Source: an uncultured Gemmatimonadales bacterium (GTDB taxonomy: Bacteria > Gemmatimonadota > Gemmatimonadetes > Longimicrobiales > RSA9). Taken from it: a stretch of DNA of 64,000 nucleotides. The translations under genes and the position numbers were made by a program. Below the pieces are notes generated by a model. The model made no database searches. It was not told the origin of the DNA and saw only the letters and a program-made list of their open reading frames with translations. Location of the stretch: the NCBI GenBank assembly GCA_963798085.1, contig CAWCRS010000007.1, positions 320,001 through 384,000 of the forward strand, given 5' to 3'. Position 1 is the stretch's first letter, and each line of letters begins with the position of its first letter. Shown one piece after another: positions 40,013 to 50,890 of this stretch.

Positions 40013-41332
40013 TTACCGGTCCCCGGTTGCGATTCTCTCCACCAGGCCGACGAACCGGTGCATCTGCTGTCCGGCAGACCATTCCTCCAGCACCGCGTCA
40101 TCGGGCAGCCGGGACGGCGCCTCGCCGTTGATCGCGGCACGCACGGTCTCAGCGATTGCCGCCGGATCATCGGAAGCCACGATGTAATGGCCGCCCAGCT
40201 CACGAAGCATGCCGGCAGTGTCGCCCTCGTCATCGGCAAAAGCCAGGATGGGACGGCGCACGCTCAGGTAGTCATACAGCTTGTTAGGAATCTGCATGGG
40301 CTGACGCTGTGCCAGCAGCAGCAGCAGATCGGAAGCCGCGAGCACGGCACGGCACTGCTCGCGCTCGATGGGATCGAAGAAGCGTACATGATCAGTCAGG
40401 CCCAGCTGCGTGACGTAGTCCTCGACCGAGATGCTGTTGTACCAGCGGCAGGCGCCGTAGAAGTCGACGTGACATTCCGCCAGGTCGATCCGGCCACTCC
40501 GCCAGAGAGCGGCAATGGCGTCGAGGAAAGGGCGTGGATCGCGGTTCAGGTAGAGGTAACCGAGATAGGTGATGCGACGCACCGGCCGGATCCACGACGC
40601 GGGTCGAGCCGCCAGGTCCTCGATGCCGTTGCGGATCACGACCACGGGCGGGGCACCGTTCCGCGCAGCATTGTGGCGGGCACCCTCGAGCTGCCGCGCT
40701 ATGCCCGTGGAATTGGTCAACACGGCAGCCGCATGCGTGAGACAACGTCTCTGCGCCCACGATTCGACGGCGTCGCTGAAGCGCGTGCGTACGTGCGGCG
40801 GCTTCTGATAGCCGGCCATCCAGGGATCGCGGAAGTCCACGATCCAGCGGACGCGCGTGAACATGCTCAGGAACACGCCGACCATGTGCACGGAGAAGGG
40901 CGGCGCGGATGTGATCACGACGGGTCGCTCTCCCTTGCGCGCGAAACGGCGGGCGCGGAGAAAGGCGGGAGGGATGAAGCCGTGCAGATCATCAGGCAGC
41001 CACATGAGCGAGAGGAGGAAACGCTTCCAGACAGGGAAGCGCTCGGGCAGCGCATAGCGTCCGGTTCCGAAGTATGCCTCGACGCCGCGCTCTACGTTGT
41101 TGCCCCGCGAGAAGCGCGCGCGCAGGCTGCGATACAGATCGCGGAATCCGGGCCATGGCCGGACGCGGATTGCGCCGGCCTCATCAGGATCGGCGTTCAC
41201 GCCATGTACCTGCGCCGTCAGGACAGTCACGTCATGTCCGGCTCCTCGCAACGCCTCCACCATGCGTGCCGGTCGGACCGACCCGACAGCGGGATCGGGC
41301 GGATAGTGGTAGGAAATTACGAGAACTTTCAT
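40013..41332 (-). CDS. Glycosyltransferase family 4-like
   Basis: ISYHYPP, TSAPPFS, DFRDPW, IPNKLYDYL. Confidence 0.88.
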   Translation of the reverse strand: MKVLVISYHYPPDPAVGSVRPARMVEALRGAGHDVTVLTAQVHGVNADPDEAGAIRVRPWPGFRDLYRSLRARFSRGNNVERGVEAYFGTGRYALPERFPVWKRFLLSLMWLPDDLHGFIPPAFLRARRFARKGERPVVITSAPPFSVHMVGVFLSMFTRVRWIVDFRDPWMAGYQKPPHVRTRFSDAVESWAQRRCLTHAAAVLTNSTGIARQLEGARHNAARNGAPPVVVIRNGIEDLAARPASWIRPVRRITYLGYLYLNRDPRPFLDAIAALWRSGRIDLAECHVDFYGACRWYNSISVEDYVTQLGLTDHVRFFDPIEREQCRAVLAASDLLLLLAQRQPMQIPNKLYDYLSVRRPILAFADDEGDTAGMLRELGGHYIVASDDPAAIAETVRAAINGEAPSRLPDDAVLEEWSAGQQMHRFVGLVERIATGDR

Positions 41333-42420
41333 GCCTGCGGCGCGGGCACCGCGGCGGGCTCATTGCCCGCGTCCGCGGCAGTGCGCGAGTCGTAGGGCCG
41401 CTGGGCCCGGTGGGGCAGCAGCGCCGAGAAACCACAGAGCCAGCCCTGAAATTCGATCGCAGTGAGACCGGAGTGATCGAGCAGCCGCGGCAGAAGCAGC
41501 GGATGCTGTGCCCGTGTGGCCAGAGCGTGCTCACACGTGACTGCGGAGCGCACACCCTCGGCACTGAGCCACGGCAGGAATGCGGGCGCGGTCTCGCCAC
41601 TCGGATAACAGAAGTGCTGCGGACTGCGCCCGGTCAGTTCCTCGATGCGCTCCCGATTGCGACTCACCTGCTCGCGATACGGGCCCTCAATGCGGGGGGA
41701 CCTGTGACAATGCGTGTGCATCTGGAAATCGACGCCTCGACCGGCGAGCTGACGCACCTCATCCGGATTCAGGAGATGCAGCACGCGCCGTGCACAGATG
41801 TCGTCGAAATCAATGGCGAGCCGGGTCGCCACGCGGCCGGCAAGAGCGTGTTTCTCCATGGCGGAGAGCTGCTGCTCGCGCGCGTACGACACCAGCAAAG
41901 CCAGCGCACGCGCGCGATCCGACGACTCGCCCAGCACGACACTCGGACCACCCGTGAGCGGGGCGAGATCGATCACCCGCTCCCGCGCCTGCCAGAGCAT
42001 GTAGGAGCAGATGAGCCCGAAGATCGGCACGTTGCAGTCCGAGTGATACGTCGTCAGATACACCGTGGCCGGATACCCGTAGTCCTGGAGAATGGGGTGG
42101 GCGGCGGGGAGAAAGTCGTAGTGGCCGTCATCGAACGTGAGTACCACGGCGCGGGGCGGCAGCGTGCCCCTGTAAAGGCGAGTTATCGCCTCGCCCAGAG
42201 GCAGCACGGCATAGCCGCCGCCGTGCAGCAGCTCGAGCCGCTCCCGGAAAAACTGCGGGCTCACATACAACCGCGGGTTCCACAGATGCTCATCGGTCAG
42301 TGAGACACCATGATAACACAGGATCAGCAGGCGTTGCCGCCGCCAGCCGGACTGCGCCAGCAGGGCGAAGCTGCCCAGACTCCGGGCTGTACGCAGAACC
42401 ACGAGCTTGATCGGTTTCAA
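41329..42420 (-). CDS. Polysaccharide deacetylase (CE4/NodB family)
   Basis: ILCYHGV, LTFDDG, HTHCH, FCYPSG. Confidence 0.9.
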   Translation of the reverse strand: MKPIKLVVLRTARSLGSFALLAQSGWRRQRLLILCYHGVSLTDEHLWNPRLYVSPQFFRERLELLHGGGYAVLPLGEAITRLYRGTLPPRAVVLTFDDGHYDFLPAAHPILQDYGYPATVYLTTYHSDCNVPIFGLICSYMLWQARERVIDLAPLTGGPSVVLGESSDRARALALLVSYAREQQLSAMEKHALAGRVATRLAIDFDDICARRVLHLLNPDEVRQLAGRGVDFQMHTHCHRSPRIEGPYREQVSRNRERIEELTGRSPQHFCYPSGETAPAFLPWLSAEGVRSAVTCEHALATRAQHPLLLPRLLDHSGLTAIEFQGWLCGFSALLPHRAQRPYDSRTAADAGNEPAAVPAPQA

Positions 42421-42423
42421 CGG

Positions 42424-43089
42424 TCAATGCGGTGTCGGGTCGAGACGGACGGCAGCGGATTCATCTCCCGCGGGCGACGCCAGGCCGGACTCCGTCGTGG
42501 CGCCCCGCCGGGGATCGCCACGTTCACCCAGCACGCGTGCCGGATTACCACCCACGATGGCGCGGGCGGCGACCGGCTTGACGACAACCGCGGCCGCGGC
42601 GATCACCGCCTGGTCGTTCACATCTGCGGCCACGACCGCGCTGTTGCCGATCCACACGTCACGGCCAATGCGCACCCGATCGAATGATCCGCCCTGTTTG
42701 CGGATCGGCACATCGAGTCGATCGATGTAGTGCTGATGCGTGCCACTCATGATGTCGACATTCGAGCCGAGCAGCACGTCATCGCCGAGCGTGACCTTGC
42801 CGAGTGTGCAGTAGGCGCCAATGTAGACGCCGTCGCCGATCTCGGCTTCGGGCAATGCGAGGATCGTCCCGAAGCCAATCGTGACGGTACGCGGGCAACG
42901 CGGTAGCACGAGCTGGTAGTGCGCGCGACGGAGGGCCACACCGGGCATGCCCGGCAACAGGGAGTAAGCCTGACTGTAGAACTGGAACCACGCCTGCTTC
43001 CTGCCCGGCACGAGCAGGATCATCAGACGATAGAACAGCCAACCGGGGGAGACGGCTGCCAACGCCAGCGTGTGAATGAGCTTTTTCAT
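42424..43089 (-). CDS. Hexapeptide-repeat O-acyltransferase
   Basis: IGDGVYIG, IGRDVWIG, VGGNPARV. Confidence 0.9.
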   Translation of the reverse strand: MKKLIHTLALAAVSPGWLFYRLMILLVPGRKQAWFQFYSQAYSLLPGMPGVALRRAHYQLVLPRCPRTVTIGFGTILALPEAEIGDGVYIGAYCTLGKVTLGDDVLLGSNVDIMSGTHQHYIDRLDVPIRKQGGSFDRVRIGRDVWIGNSAVVAADVNDQAVIAAAAVVVKPVAARAIVGGNPARVLGERGDPRRGATTESGLASPAGDESAAVRLDPTPH

Positions 43090-43170
43090 ATGATGGGCCG
43101 CGGGTGCTTACGCGACGTCACGCGGCACCGTCCACGCTGAGCGCGACATCGGAACCGGCCAGCCCGGCGA

Positions 43171-44559
43171 TTAATAATCCGGCAGCGGCCGCATACCGGC
43201 GAAACCGCCACGCTCGCCTGCAGGACGGACCATGGCAGGGGTCGCATCCGCGGCGTTGGTAGCGATCCGCGGCCGGTTCTCGTAGTTCACCATGCGGTCC
43301 GCCAGCGCGATCAGCCCGAGCAGCGCGAAGTACGGGCTGAAATACGCATGGGACAGGAAGAATGCGGACACCATGTACGAGAACAGGCTGGCTGCATACT
43401 CCGGTCTTCGATGGACTTCCCTGCCTATGCGCACGCCCCAGGCGTAGCGTCCGCCGAGGTAGAGACCGATCAACATTGAGAAAACGAGAATGGCGCCGCC
43501 GGGGATACCCAGCTCGGCGAAGGCCTGCACGTACGAGTTGTGCGCTGCACTCCACTTGCCGTGGCGGCCTTCGCTGGTAAGGGTTTCGCCTTCCGCGATG
43601 GGAAAGTTGCCGATGCCCACACCGGTCAGCGGATTTTCCTTGATGTAACCCAGCCCGCGTGTCCAGACCGCCTTGCGACCGACCTCTGATGTCATGTTGT
43701 AGTCGTCGTCGAGGTTGGTCATGGTCATCATGCGGTTCTTGAATTTCTGACCGGAGAAGAGCCACGTAGAGGCGCCGCCGACGATGACCAGGCCGACGAT
43801 CACGAGTTTCTTGGTCCCGCGCGATGCCAGGATGTACGCAAGCCCGGCGGCGGCCAGCCCGACCAGGCCGCCGCGAGAGCGTGTGCCGACCACGACTGTC
43901 ACGGTGAGGATGACCGCGAAAACGGAAATCAGCCGCCACTTCAGATTCGATGCACGCTCGGCGAGCCCCGCCGCGAGTGGCAGGCCCATGGCAAACAGCG
44001 ATGCAATGTCATTGGAATCGTAGGTCACGCCGAAGGTCAGGCGCCCGGTCGCGGAGCCGGCCTCGCCCAGCATGCCAAAGGCGATCAACAGCATCACCCA
44101 CCAGAACTGCAGTCGGTCCACGGTCGACTTCGTCGGTGGGCAGATGGCGAATGCAGTGAAAAGCAGGATGCCGGGAAACAGACCCTGCACCGCGTCGAAA
44201 GCACCTCCCTTGTACAGGGCCAGTGGCACGGTGAGGATGCACCAGACGAAATAGGCGAGCACGAGGGAAGCGAGCGGATGCCGCATCGCCGCCCTTATGG
44301 ACGGCTTCGTCGTGTGACGGACGAGCAGGAAAGTGCCTATGACCGAAACCAGGAGTGCCGGCCGGAACGCACCGGTCGGGGGATAGAGCTCCTGGATTTT
44401 GAGCCCCACGGTGCCCAGCATGGCGGCCGCGATCCACACGGCTTTGGGCCACGGAGCGTCCGACACGCTGCCGGCGCTGACGCCGACAGCCGGACCCGAC
44501 GGCACACTCAAACGCGCCCCAGGCGAAGCCGCCAGCAGTCCGCCGCGCGCCCGACTCAT
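43171..44559 (-). CDS. O-antigen ligase/polymerase family (Wzy_C) protein
   Basis: Multi-TM; TRSRGG, NPLTGVGIGNF, AHNSYVQAFAELGIPG. Confidence 0.88.
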   Translation of the reverse strand: MSRARGGLLAASPGARLSVPSGPAVGVSAGSVSDAPWPKAVWIAAAMLGTVGLKIQELYPPTGAFRPALLVSVIGTFLLVRHTTKPSIRAAMRHPLASLVLAYFVWCILTVPLALYKGGAFDAVQGLFPGILLFTAFAICPPTKSTVDRLQFWWVMLLIAFGMLGEAGSATGRLTFGVTYDSNDIASLFAMGLPLAAGLAERASNLKWRLISVFAVILTVTVVVGTRSRGGLVGLAAAGLAYILASRGTKKLVIVGLVIVGGASTWLFSGQKFKNRMMTMTNLDDDYNMTSEVGRKAVWTRGLGYIKENPLTGVGIGNFPIAEGETLTSEGRHGKWSAAHNSYVQAFAELGIPGGAILVFSMLIGLYLGGRYAWGVRIGREVHRRPEYAASLFSYMVSAFFLSHAYFSPYFALLGLIALADRMVNYENRPRIATNAADATPAMVRPAGERGGFAGMRPLPDY

Positions 44560-44676
44560 TCCCGCCTCATCCGCAATGCGTGTGGACCACGTTCACAAGC
44601 CGGATTCCCTTCGCAGAGCACTCTCTTCCTCACGACGATATCACATAGCGGTGAAGATCCATTCCCCGCGCCGGTT

Positions 44677-44692
44677 TGCAAGCTTCATTCCC
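44677..44692 (-). promoter_or_regulatory. Candidate sigma54 promoter for the wzy operon
   Basis: Minus strand GGGAAT-GAAGC-TTGCA. Confidence 0.45.
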
Positions 44693-44961
44693 CGTGAGTC
44701 GCTTCGAACTGACCCGGGCCTGGCTCTGGCATGCGACCGTGCCTGTTACCCCCGAACCCGCGGGCCTTGCCCGGCGGGACCTGGGCTGTTGCCCTGGCAG
44801 GCGAAGCTGTGGTGGCGAGCCCGCCGCAGAGGCTGCGGCGCCCCGGCCGGTGATTTGACAGCCATTGGCAACGAGTTCCCGTCCGCGTAATCGAGGGCGA
44901 GAACGACGGTTCTGCCGAACGTGGTAAGGCCTTGGAATCGTGACATCTGCGACCCCTTGAA

Positions 44962-44977
44962 TGGCACCGTTCTTGCC
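44962..44977 (+). promoter_or_regulatory. Sigma54 promoter upstream of the FkbH cassette
   Basis: Consensus match TGGCAC-CGTTC-TTGC. Confidence 0.7.
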
Positions 44978-45145
44978 CCCGGCCGGCAGGCAAAATGTCG
45001 TAAACGCGGTAACGAATCGCGGCGCACACGGGCCTTGGCGCAACCGCCGGCGCCTGATCTCAATGCGCAATGGCGGGTACGGGAATGCCGCGATTCGCCG
45101 CTTGTGTTGCAGAGCGAGAGCACAAAACATGGGTCGTCCGAAACA

Positions 45146-46876
45146 ATGAAGCTGGCCGAAGCGTTGCGCATTACCCATTCAGCCCGCGCTGACGCTCCGG
45201 TTTTCCGGCTGCGCCTGGCCTGCGGTTTCACACCCCTCCATCTCCAGACCTTCACTGGCGCGTTCCTGCAGTTGTCGCTGCCGGATCGTCGGGTGGTGAT
45301 CGAAACCGGGCTGTTCGGTGATCTGCCGGGCACGCTGAGCCGGGCGCCGGACAACGGGCCGGACGCCACCGCGCTCGTGGTGGAGTGGTCAGACCTCGAT
45401 CCGCGGCTTGGTTACCGCAGCCTTGGCGGCTGGAGCCATACCAATGAAGCCGACATCGTGCGGCAGGTACGCGCTACTCTGAAGCGCATCGGACAGCAGC
45501 TCAACCGCCTGGGCGGAAGCGGGCCGGTTGCGGTCACCATGCCGACGTTGCCCCTTCCGCCCGCATTCCACACGGCTGCGGCCCATGCGGGAGCGAGCGA
45601 GAGCAACCTGCTGGCCACAGTGCACGAGGCGGCAGCCGAATGGGCAGGATCGGCACGGATCCGGCTGGTCAGCCAGCAGCATCTGGCAATGCAATCGCCA
45701 CCGGCTGGGCGGCTCGATCTGAAGTCCGACCTGTTTTCCGGGTTTCCATACAGTGTACCGCATGCATCCGCGGTAGGTCACGCGCTGGCGCAGCTGGTGG
45801 CGCCGGCCGCTCCGAAGAAGGGCCTTATTACCGACCTGGACGACACGTTGTGGCTGGGTATCGTGGGCGAGGTAGGTTCCGAGGCTGTGGCATGGGACCT
45901 CAACGGGCACGGCCAGATCCATGGGCTGTACCAGCAGACTCTGCGCGCGCTCGGCGACCAGGGCGTGCTCCTCGCGGTGGCCAGCAAGAATGACCCGGCG
46001 ATTGCCGGCCGCGCGCTGGAGCGCAAGGATCTGCTGCTGACGCAGGACCGTCTTTTCCCGATCGAAATCCACTGGCAGGCCAAGTCGACATCGGTCGCAC
46101 GCATCCTGAGCAGCTGGAACATCGGCGCGGGCAATGTGGTGTTCGTGGACGACAGCCCGATGGAGATTGGCGAAGTGCGCGCCGCCTTTCCGGAAATGGA
46201 GTGCATCGAATTTCCGAAGCAGGATCACGCGGCGGCCGATCAGGTACTGCGGCGCCTGCGCGACCTGTTCGGCAAGGCGCAACTCTCATCCGAAGATGCG
46301 CTGCGCATGGAGAGTCTGCGTCAGGGTGCGCGCTTCAGCGTCGAGTTGGCGGAGTCTGATGTCTCCGAGCATTTTCTGGAGGGGCTGGGTGCTACGATCA
46401 CTGTCGATGCGGCTGCAGCGGAGCACCCGCGCTCGCTCGAGCTGATCAACAAGACGAACCAGTTCAATCTGAATGGCAAGCGCATCACGACGGCAGACTG
46501 GAGCACATTTACGCAGGCGTCGGGCAGCCTGGTGTGGGCCGTTGCCTACAGCGACAAGTTCGGCCCTCTCGGTCGCATCGCGGTGGTGCAGGGCAATCGC
46601 AACAGCAACACGCTGCGTGTGAACAGCTGGGTGATGAGCTGTCGCGCGTTCGCGCGCCGCATCGAGCACCAGACGCTGCGGCTGCTCTTCGACAACACGG
46701 GCGTGGAAGTGATCGTGTTCGATTTTCAGGCGACGGAGCGGAATGGGCCGCTCGTCGAGTTTCTGACTTCCGTGCTGGGAGAGGCACCGAAACCGGGTGT
46801 GTGTCTCACGCGCCAGGTCTTCGAGCGCAGCTGTCCGCCACTGGCCCATACGATTGAATGGGAAGCGACGAAATGA
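45146..46876 (+). CDS. FkbH-like HAD-IIIC protein (glyceryl-ACP loading type)
   Basis: TDLDDTLWLG, ASKND, FVDDSPME, LINKTNQFNL, DKFGPLG, MSCR. Confidence 0.92.
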   Translation: MKLAEALRITHSARADAPVFRLRLACGFTPLHLQTFTGAFLQLSLPDRRVVIETGLFGDLPGTLSRAPDNGPDATALVVEWSDLDPRLGYRSLGGWSHTNEADIVRQVRATLKRIGQQLNRLGGSGPVAVTMPTLPLPPAFHTAAAHAGASESNLLATVHEAAAEWAGSARIRLVSQQHLAMQSPPAGRLDLKSDLFSGFPYSVPHASAVGHALAQLVAPAAPKKGLITDLDDTLWLGIVGEVGSEAVAWDLNGHGQIHGLYQQTLRALGDQGVLLAVASKNDPAIAGRALERKDLLLTQDRLFPIEIHWQAKSTSVARILSSWNIGAGNVVFVDDSPMEIGEVRAAFPEMECIEFPKQDHAAADQVLRRLRDLFGKAQLSSEDALRMESLRQGARFSVELAESDVSEHFLEGLGATITVDAAAAEHPRSLELINKTNQFNLNGKRITTADWSTFTQASGSLVWAVAYSDKFGPLGRIAVVQGNRNSNTLRVNSWVMSCRAFARRIEHQTLRLLFDNTGVEVIVFDFQATERNGPLVEFLTSVLGEAPKPGVCLTRQVFERSCPPLAHTIEWEATK

Positions 46877-47115
46877 ACGACATTCAGACGCGACTCGCGA
46901 AGTGCTTCGCCACAGTCTTTCCCACGATTACAGAGGGCGACATTCAGGCAGCTTCGCCCACCACACTGCCCGAATGGGACTCCATTACTGCGATTCAGCT
47001 GCTGGTGGTGATCGAGGAGGAATTCGAAACGCAGATCGATTTCGAGCATCTCGCGGAGCTGGATTCGTTCGGCGCGATCGAACGGTTCCTGGCGGACCGG
47101 GCGCCAACCCCATAG
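46873..47115 (+). CDS. Acyl carrier protein
   Basis: 80 aa, acidic, WDS phosphopantetheine site, IEEEF; ATGA overlap with the FkbH gene. Confidence 0.9.
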   Translation: MNDIQTRLAKCFATVFPTITEGDIQAASPTTLPEWDSITAIQLLVVIEEEFETQIDFEHLAELDSFGAIERFLADRAPTP

Positions 47116-47129
47116 ACACGGCTGTTCCA

Positions 47130-47564
47130 TTGACAAGCGAATTCACACTGGGCAGGCTGCACCATGCGGGGATTGTAGTGCGGTCGATTGCCGAGGTGCT
47201 GCCGGGCTGGCTGCGCTCTCTGAACGCTCGCGCATTGACGGACATCATCGTGGACCCGCTGCAGCGGGCGCGCGTGCTTTTCCTGCAGACCTCGCCGGCC
47301 GAGACTGCACAGATCGAACTCGTGGAGCCGGACGGAGAGGATTCGCCTGTGCAGCGATTCCTGGCCAGGGGCGGTGGACTGAACCATCTCTGCTACGAGG
47401 TTGACGACCTGAACGGTGCGCTCGATGAAATGCGACGGCGCCGCTGTGTCGTGGTTTCGAAGCCGAAGCCGGCCGTCGCTTTCAATGGCAGGCCCGTAGC
47501 CTGGGTGATGACGCCGGAATGGCTGCTGATCGAGCTGCTCCTGGCCGAAGCCGCGCAAGCCTGA
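47130..47564 (+). CDS. VOC family protein (methylmalonyl-CoA epimerase-like)
   Basis: HHAGIVV, IELVEP, GGLNHLCYEVDD, LIEL; TTG start inferred. Confidence 0.85.
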   Translation: MTSEFTLGRLHHAGIVVRSIAEVLPGWLRSLNARALTDIIVDPLQRARVLFLQTSPAETAQIELVEPDGEDSPVQRFLARGGGLNHLCYEVDDLNGALDEMRRRRCVVVSKPKPAVAFNGRPVAWVMTPEWLLIELLLAEAAQA

Positions 47565-47577
47565 GCGACCACAAACC

Positions 47578-48342
47578 ATGCAATCATTCCTGCTGAAGCT
47601 CCGGCGTGGCCAGGGACCCTTCTTCGGGCCTCTGAAGCGTGCTGTGCTCTGGACGCAACGCTTCAGCATCACGCCGCCAGCCGTCCTCAAGCCGCTGGCG
47701 CGATTCATGTATTACATGCATTTCGGCATCTGGTTCGCGGGACACACGGTGATAACCGTCTTTTACCGCGGGCCACTTTTCAAGGCACGGTGCGAGAAGG
47801 TGGGCCGGCGACTCAGCATCTGGTCGCTGCCCGACATCAGCGGTCCGGTCGAGCTGTACATTGGAGACGACGTCGAGATCTTCGGACACCTGGGCGTCAC
47901 GAGCGGCCGCATTTTCGACCGGCCTCGCCTGGTTATCGGCGATCGCGTCAATGTGGGCCACGACATTCAGATCGTGGTCAACAAGGAAGTGATCATCGGC
48001 GATGAGGTCAACATCGCAGGGGGCGTGCGCATTCTGGACACCGATTCGCACCCGCGCGACACGGAAGCGCGGGCCGGCGGTCAGCCGCCGCCGGTGGAGG
48101 AGATACGTCCGGTTCACATCGGCAATCGCGCGTGGCTGGGTCGCAGCTGTTTCATCATGAAGGGTGTGACCGTCGGTGAAGGCGCGGTGATCGGTGCTAA
48201 CAGTGTGGTAGTGACCGATATTCCGCCCTATGCCGTCGCCATGGGCAACCCGGCACGCGTGGTGATCAAGGATGTGCGGATCAGTGCGGGGGCGAAACCG
48301 GCGGCGACAATCGAGACGCCGGCGGTCGCAGCAGAGAGTTAG
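47578..48342 (+). CDS. Hexapeptide-repeat acyltransferase
   Basis: ILDTDSHP, PVHIGNRAWLG, GVTVGEGAVIGANSVV, GNPARV. Confidence 0.9.
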   Translation: MQSFLLKLRRGQGPFFGPLKRAVLWTQRFSITPPAVLKPLARFMYYMHFGIWFAGHTVITVFYRGPLFKARCEKVGRRLSIWSLPDISGPVELYIGDDVEIFGHLGVTSGRIFDRPRLVIGDRVNVGHDIQIVVNKEVIIGDEVNIAGGVRILDTDSHPRDTEARAGGQPPPVEEIRPVHIGNRAWLGRSCFIMKGVTVGEGAVIGANSVVVTDIPPYAVAMGNPARVVIKDVRISAGAKPAATIETPAVAAES

Positions 48343-48372
48343 GAAGACCGGCGAGCGCCGGCACGCGACCGC

Positions 48373-49594
48373 TCAGCGTGCTGCCGCAACCTGCCCGACC
48401 ACTTCAGCCGCGATTTCCAGGAAGCGCTCCGCACGTACGTCCCAGGTGTGCTCGCGCGCAGTGCGCCGCCGCAGCAGGCGCTGCCGCTCGTCATCCCGTT
48501 CGCGCTGCACGCGGACCGCCTCGATGAACGCCTGCTGATCCTCCGCAATGGCCACCATGGAGGCGAAGCTGCGTGCTTCCGGCAGCGCCGTGGTCACGAC
48601 GGGAATGCCGGCCGCGAGGTACTCCAGCAGCTTGAGCGGATTGATGGCCAGGGCGGCGCGATTCAGGACATACGGCACGAGGCCCACATCGAAGGACTGC
48701 ATGTAGGCGGGTAACTCGCTGTAAGGGCGCTTGCCCAGCAGATGAATGTTGGGGAGATCGAGCCGGTCGCGGGGAACGAAGAGTGGACCCACGATGATCA
48801 CGGAGCCCGCAGGATTCGCTTCGGCCACAGCGCGTATCAGGTCGACATCACAGCGTTCATCAATGCTGCCGGCAACGCCAATGCGCGGGTGCGGCAGATC
48901 GCGCACATCCGCAGGCGCTGGCGCGTCGACCGCGAAAGGTTCGTAATTCACGCCCTGCGGCAGGTAGTACACACGACCTGATGCGGGCCGGCGCGTCTCG
49001 GCGAGGATGCGGGCGGTTGCCACGACGGCGTCGACCTTCGACAGCAGTTCGTCCTCGAGCGGCTGGATCATCGCGCCGCTGACGCCGGGCGATGCGCCGT
49101 AATCATCCAGGCAGTAGTAGATGGAGGCCGCTTCGCCGAGGTTTCCCACTGCAGCGACGGGCGCCGGGCTGCCGGTCACGAATACGGGCGCACGACCGGG
49201 CGCGACGGAGCGTATGGCCTTGCGCACCTCACGAATGACAGAGAAGCGGTTGAGCAAGCGCACGGCCGGCGAGCTGTGCCAGGGCAGCGCGAACGGCTGC
49301 GCCAGGTACGAGGGCCGCTCCCTGTCATCCCCTGCCAGCTCGGGAGGACGCAGCATTGCCTTCGCCTTGGCCACCACGCGCATGAGATCGTAAGGGGTGA
49401 GGCGAGGTACACGATGGCCGATGCCGTTGAGCCAGAATGACGGGGTAGCGGCGGAGCACGCGCTGAAACACGTGCTGCACCGTGGAAACGTGTCGTCCCC
49501 AGTCGTCACCAAAAACCACGAACGGCGTTCCAGGCGCCAGGCTCAGATCCGGAGCGCCAGCGGGCAGCGCGGTCACAGCCGCTGAATCACGCAT
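48373..49594 (-). CDS. GT-B glycosyltransferase (frameshift at ~49437)
   Basis: FGDDWGRHVS N-terminus in one frame; YYCLDDY, LPAYMQSFDVGLVP, PLKLLEYLAAG in the next. Confidence 0.88.
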
Positions 49595-50714
49595 CCCACA
49601 CCCGCCAGTGACCGCGAATGCCATTGAAGCCGGCAACCACGGCGGCGATCTGCAGCAGCATGCCCTCGATCAGGACGCGGCGCACGCGCGTGCCGAGACG
49701 GCCGCGGGCCCGTGCGATCCAGATTCCGACAATGGCGGCAACCAGCAGCCCGGCGATGAGTGCGGGCGCTTCCCAGGCGTGCAACAGCAGGACCAGGGCC
49801 CACGCGAGCGGCACTAACACGAAGTAAGGGGTGAGCAGGCGGAGCAGTTTGTGAAATACGAACTGGGGCCAGACAGGATTGCGCAGGGGAACCAGCACTG
49901 CCGGCAGCCAGGCGCAGAGCTGGAGCACCCCTGTGAGCGTGCGCACCTTGCGACCGTATTCCTGCGAAGGCGTGGGCTTGCGCGTCTCCAGCGCCGTGGC
50001 GTCTGGTGCGACAGCCACGCGATAGCCTGAGAGCACGACGCGCATGGGCGTGTAGACGTCGTCCAGGATGAGCCCGCTGCGCAACGGTGCCCAGAGCGCG
50101 CGGCGCAAAGCCCACACGGCGCCGGTGGCGCCCACTGAGGAATGCACCTTCGCTTCGCACCGGCGCAGCCACTGCTCGAAGGTCCAATAGAGCGAGACCA
50201 CGCGGCCGGCGCCTGGCGCCAGCCGGTAATTCCCGGTGACGGCGCCAACCTCGGACCGGCTGAACGGTCGCACGAGCGCGGCAATCGTTCCAGGATCGAA
50301 GCGCTGGTGTGTGTCGGCGAAAACGACGATCTCACCCTCGGCCACGCGGAGGGCTGCGTTGAGGCCCGCAGCTTTGCCGCCGGGCTCGTCCGCCAGCACC
50401 AGGCGCACGTTGCCGGAGAGGTTGCGCAGGGAGTCGGTGAGCTGAGGCAATGGCAGGCTGCGATCGCAGGCAATGACGATCTCGAAGTGATCCCGCGAGA
50501 ACGTCGTCCGCAGCAGGTCACGGACACGCTCGACAACGGCCATCGGAGCGTCCCGTGTGGCCACGACAATCGACACAAACGGGTCGGAGCCGTCGCACGG
50601 GGCGGCGGAGCCGCGCCGGAGTCTCGCCAGGATCCCGATCACGGCCGGGTAGAAGCCCCAGACCGCGAACAGTCCGAGCAGACAGACAAAGGCCAGAAAG
50701 CCAAGGATCGACAA
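49587..50714 (-). CDS. Glycosyltransferase family 2 (membrane-anchored)
   Basis: GKAAGLN, VFADTH, ILDDV, RKVR; N- and C-terminal TM helices. Confidence 0.9.
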   Translation of the reverse strand: MSILGFLAFVCLLGLFAVWGFYPAVIGILARLRRGSAAPCDGSDPFVSIVVATRDAPMAVVERVRDLLRTTFSRDHFEIVIACDRSLPLPQLTDSLRNLSGNVRLVLADEPGGKAAGLNAALRVAEGEIVVFADTHQRFDPGTIAALVRPFSRSEVGAVTGNYRLAPGAGRVVSLYWTFEQWLRRCEAKVHSSVGATGAVWALRRALWAPLRSGLILDDVYTPMRVVLSGYRVAVAPDATALETRKPTPSQEYGRKVRTLTGVLQLCAWLPAVLVPLRNPVWPQFVFHKLLRLLTPYFVLVPLAWALVLLLHAWEAPALIAGLLVAAIVGIWIARARGRLGTRVRRVLIEGMLLQIAAVVAGFNGIRGHWRVWDA

Positions 50715-50802
50715 ACGGTACCGCTCCGATCTTCAGCTCAGATGAAGGCAGCGACAGTGCCGAACGATGTGCCGGGCAAGCATCGGAATCGGGCGTCGGG
50801 AA

Positions 50803-50818
50803 TGCAATCCCGGGGCCG
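50803..50818 (-). promoter_or_regulatory. Candidate sigma54 promoter
   Basis: Minus strand CGGCCC-CGGGA-TTGCA upstream of the GT2 gene. Confidence 0.45.
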
Positions 50819-50890
50819 GCCAGGCATGACGTGAGACATTGCGGCCGGACGTTGCGGTCGCGCAACAGGTGCAGGCCGGGGTAGCGCCGG

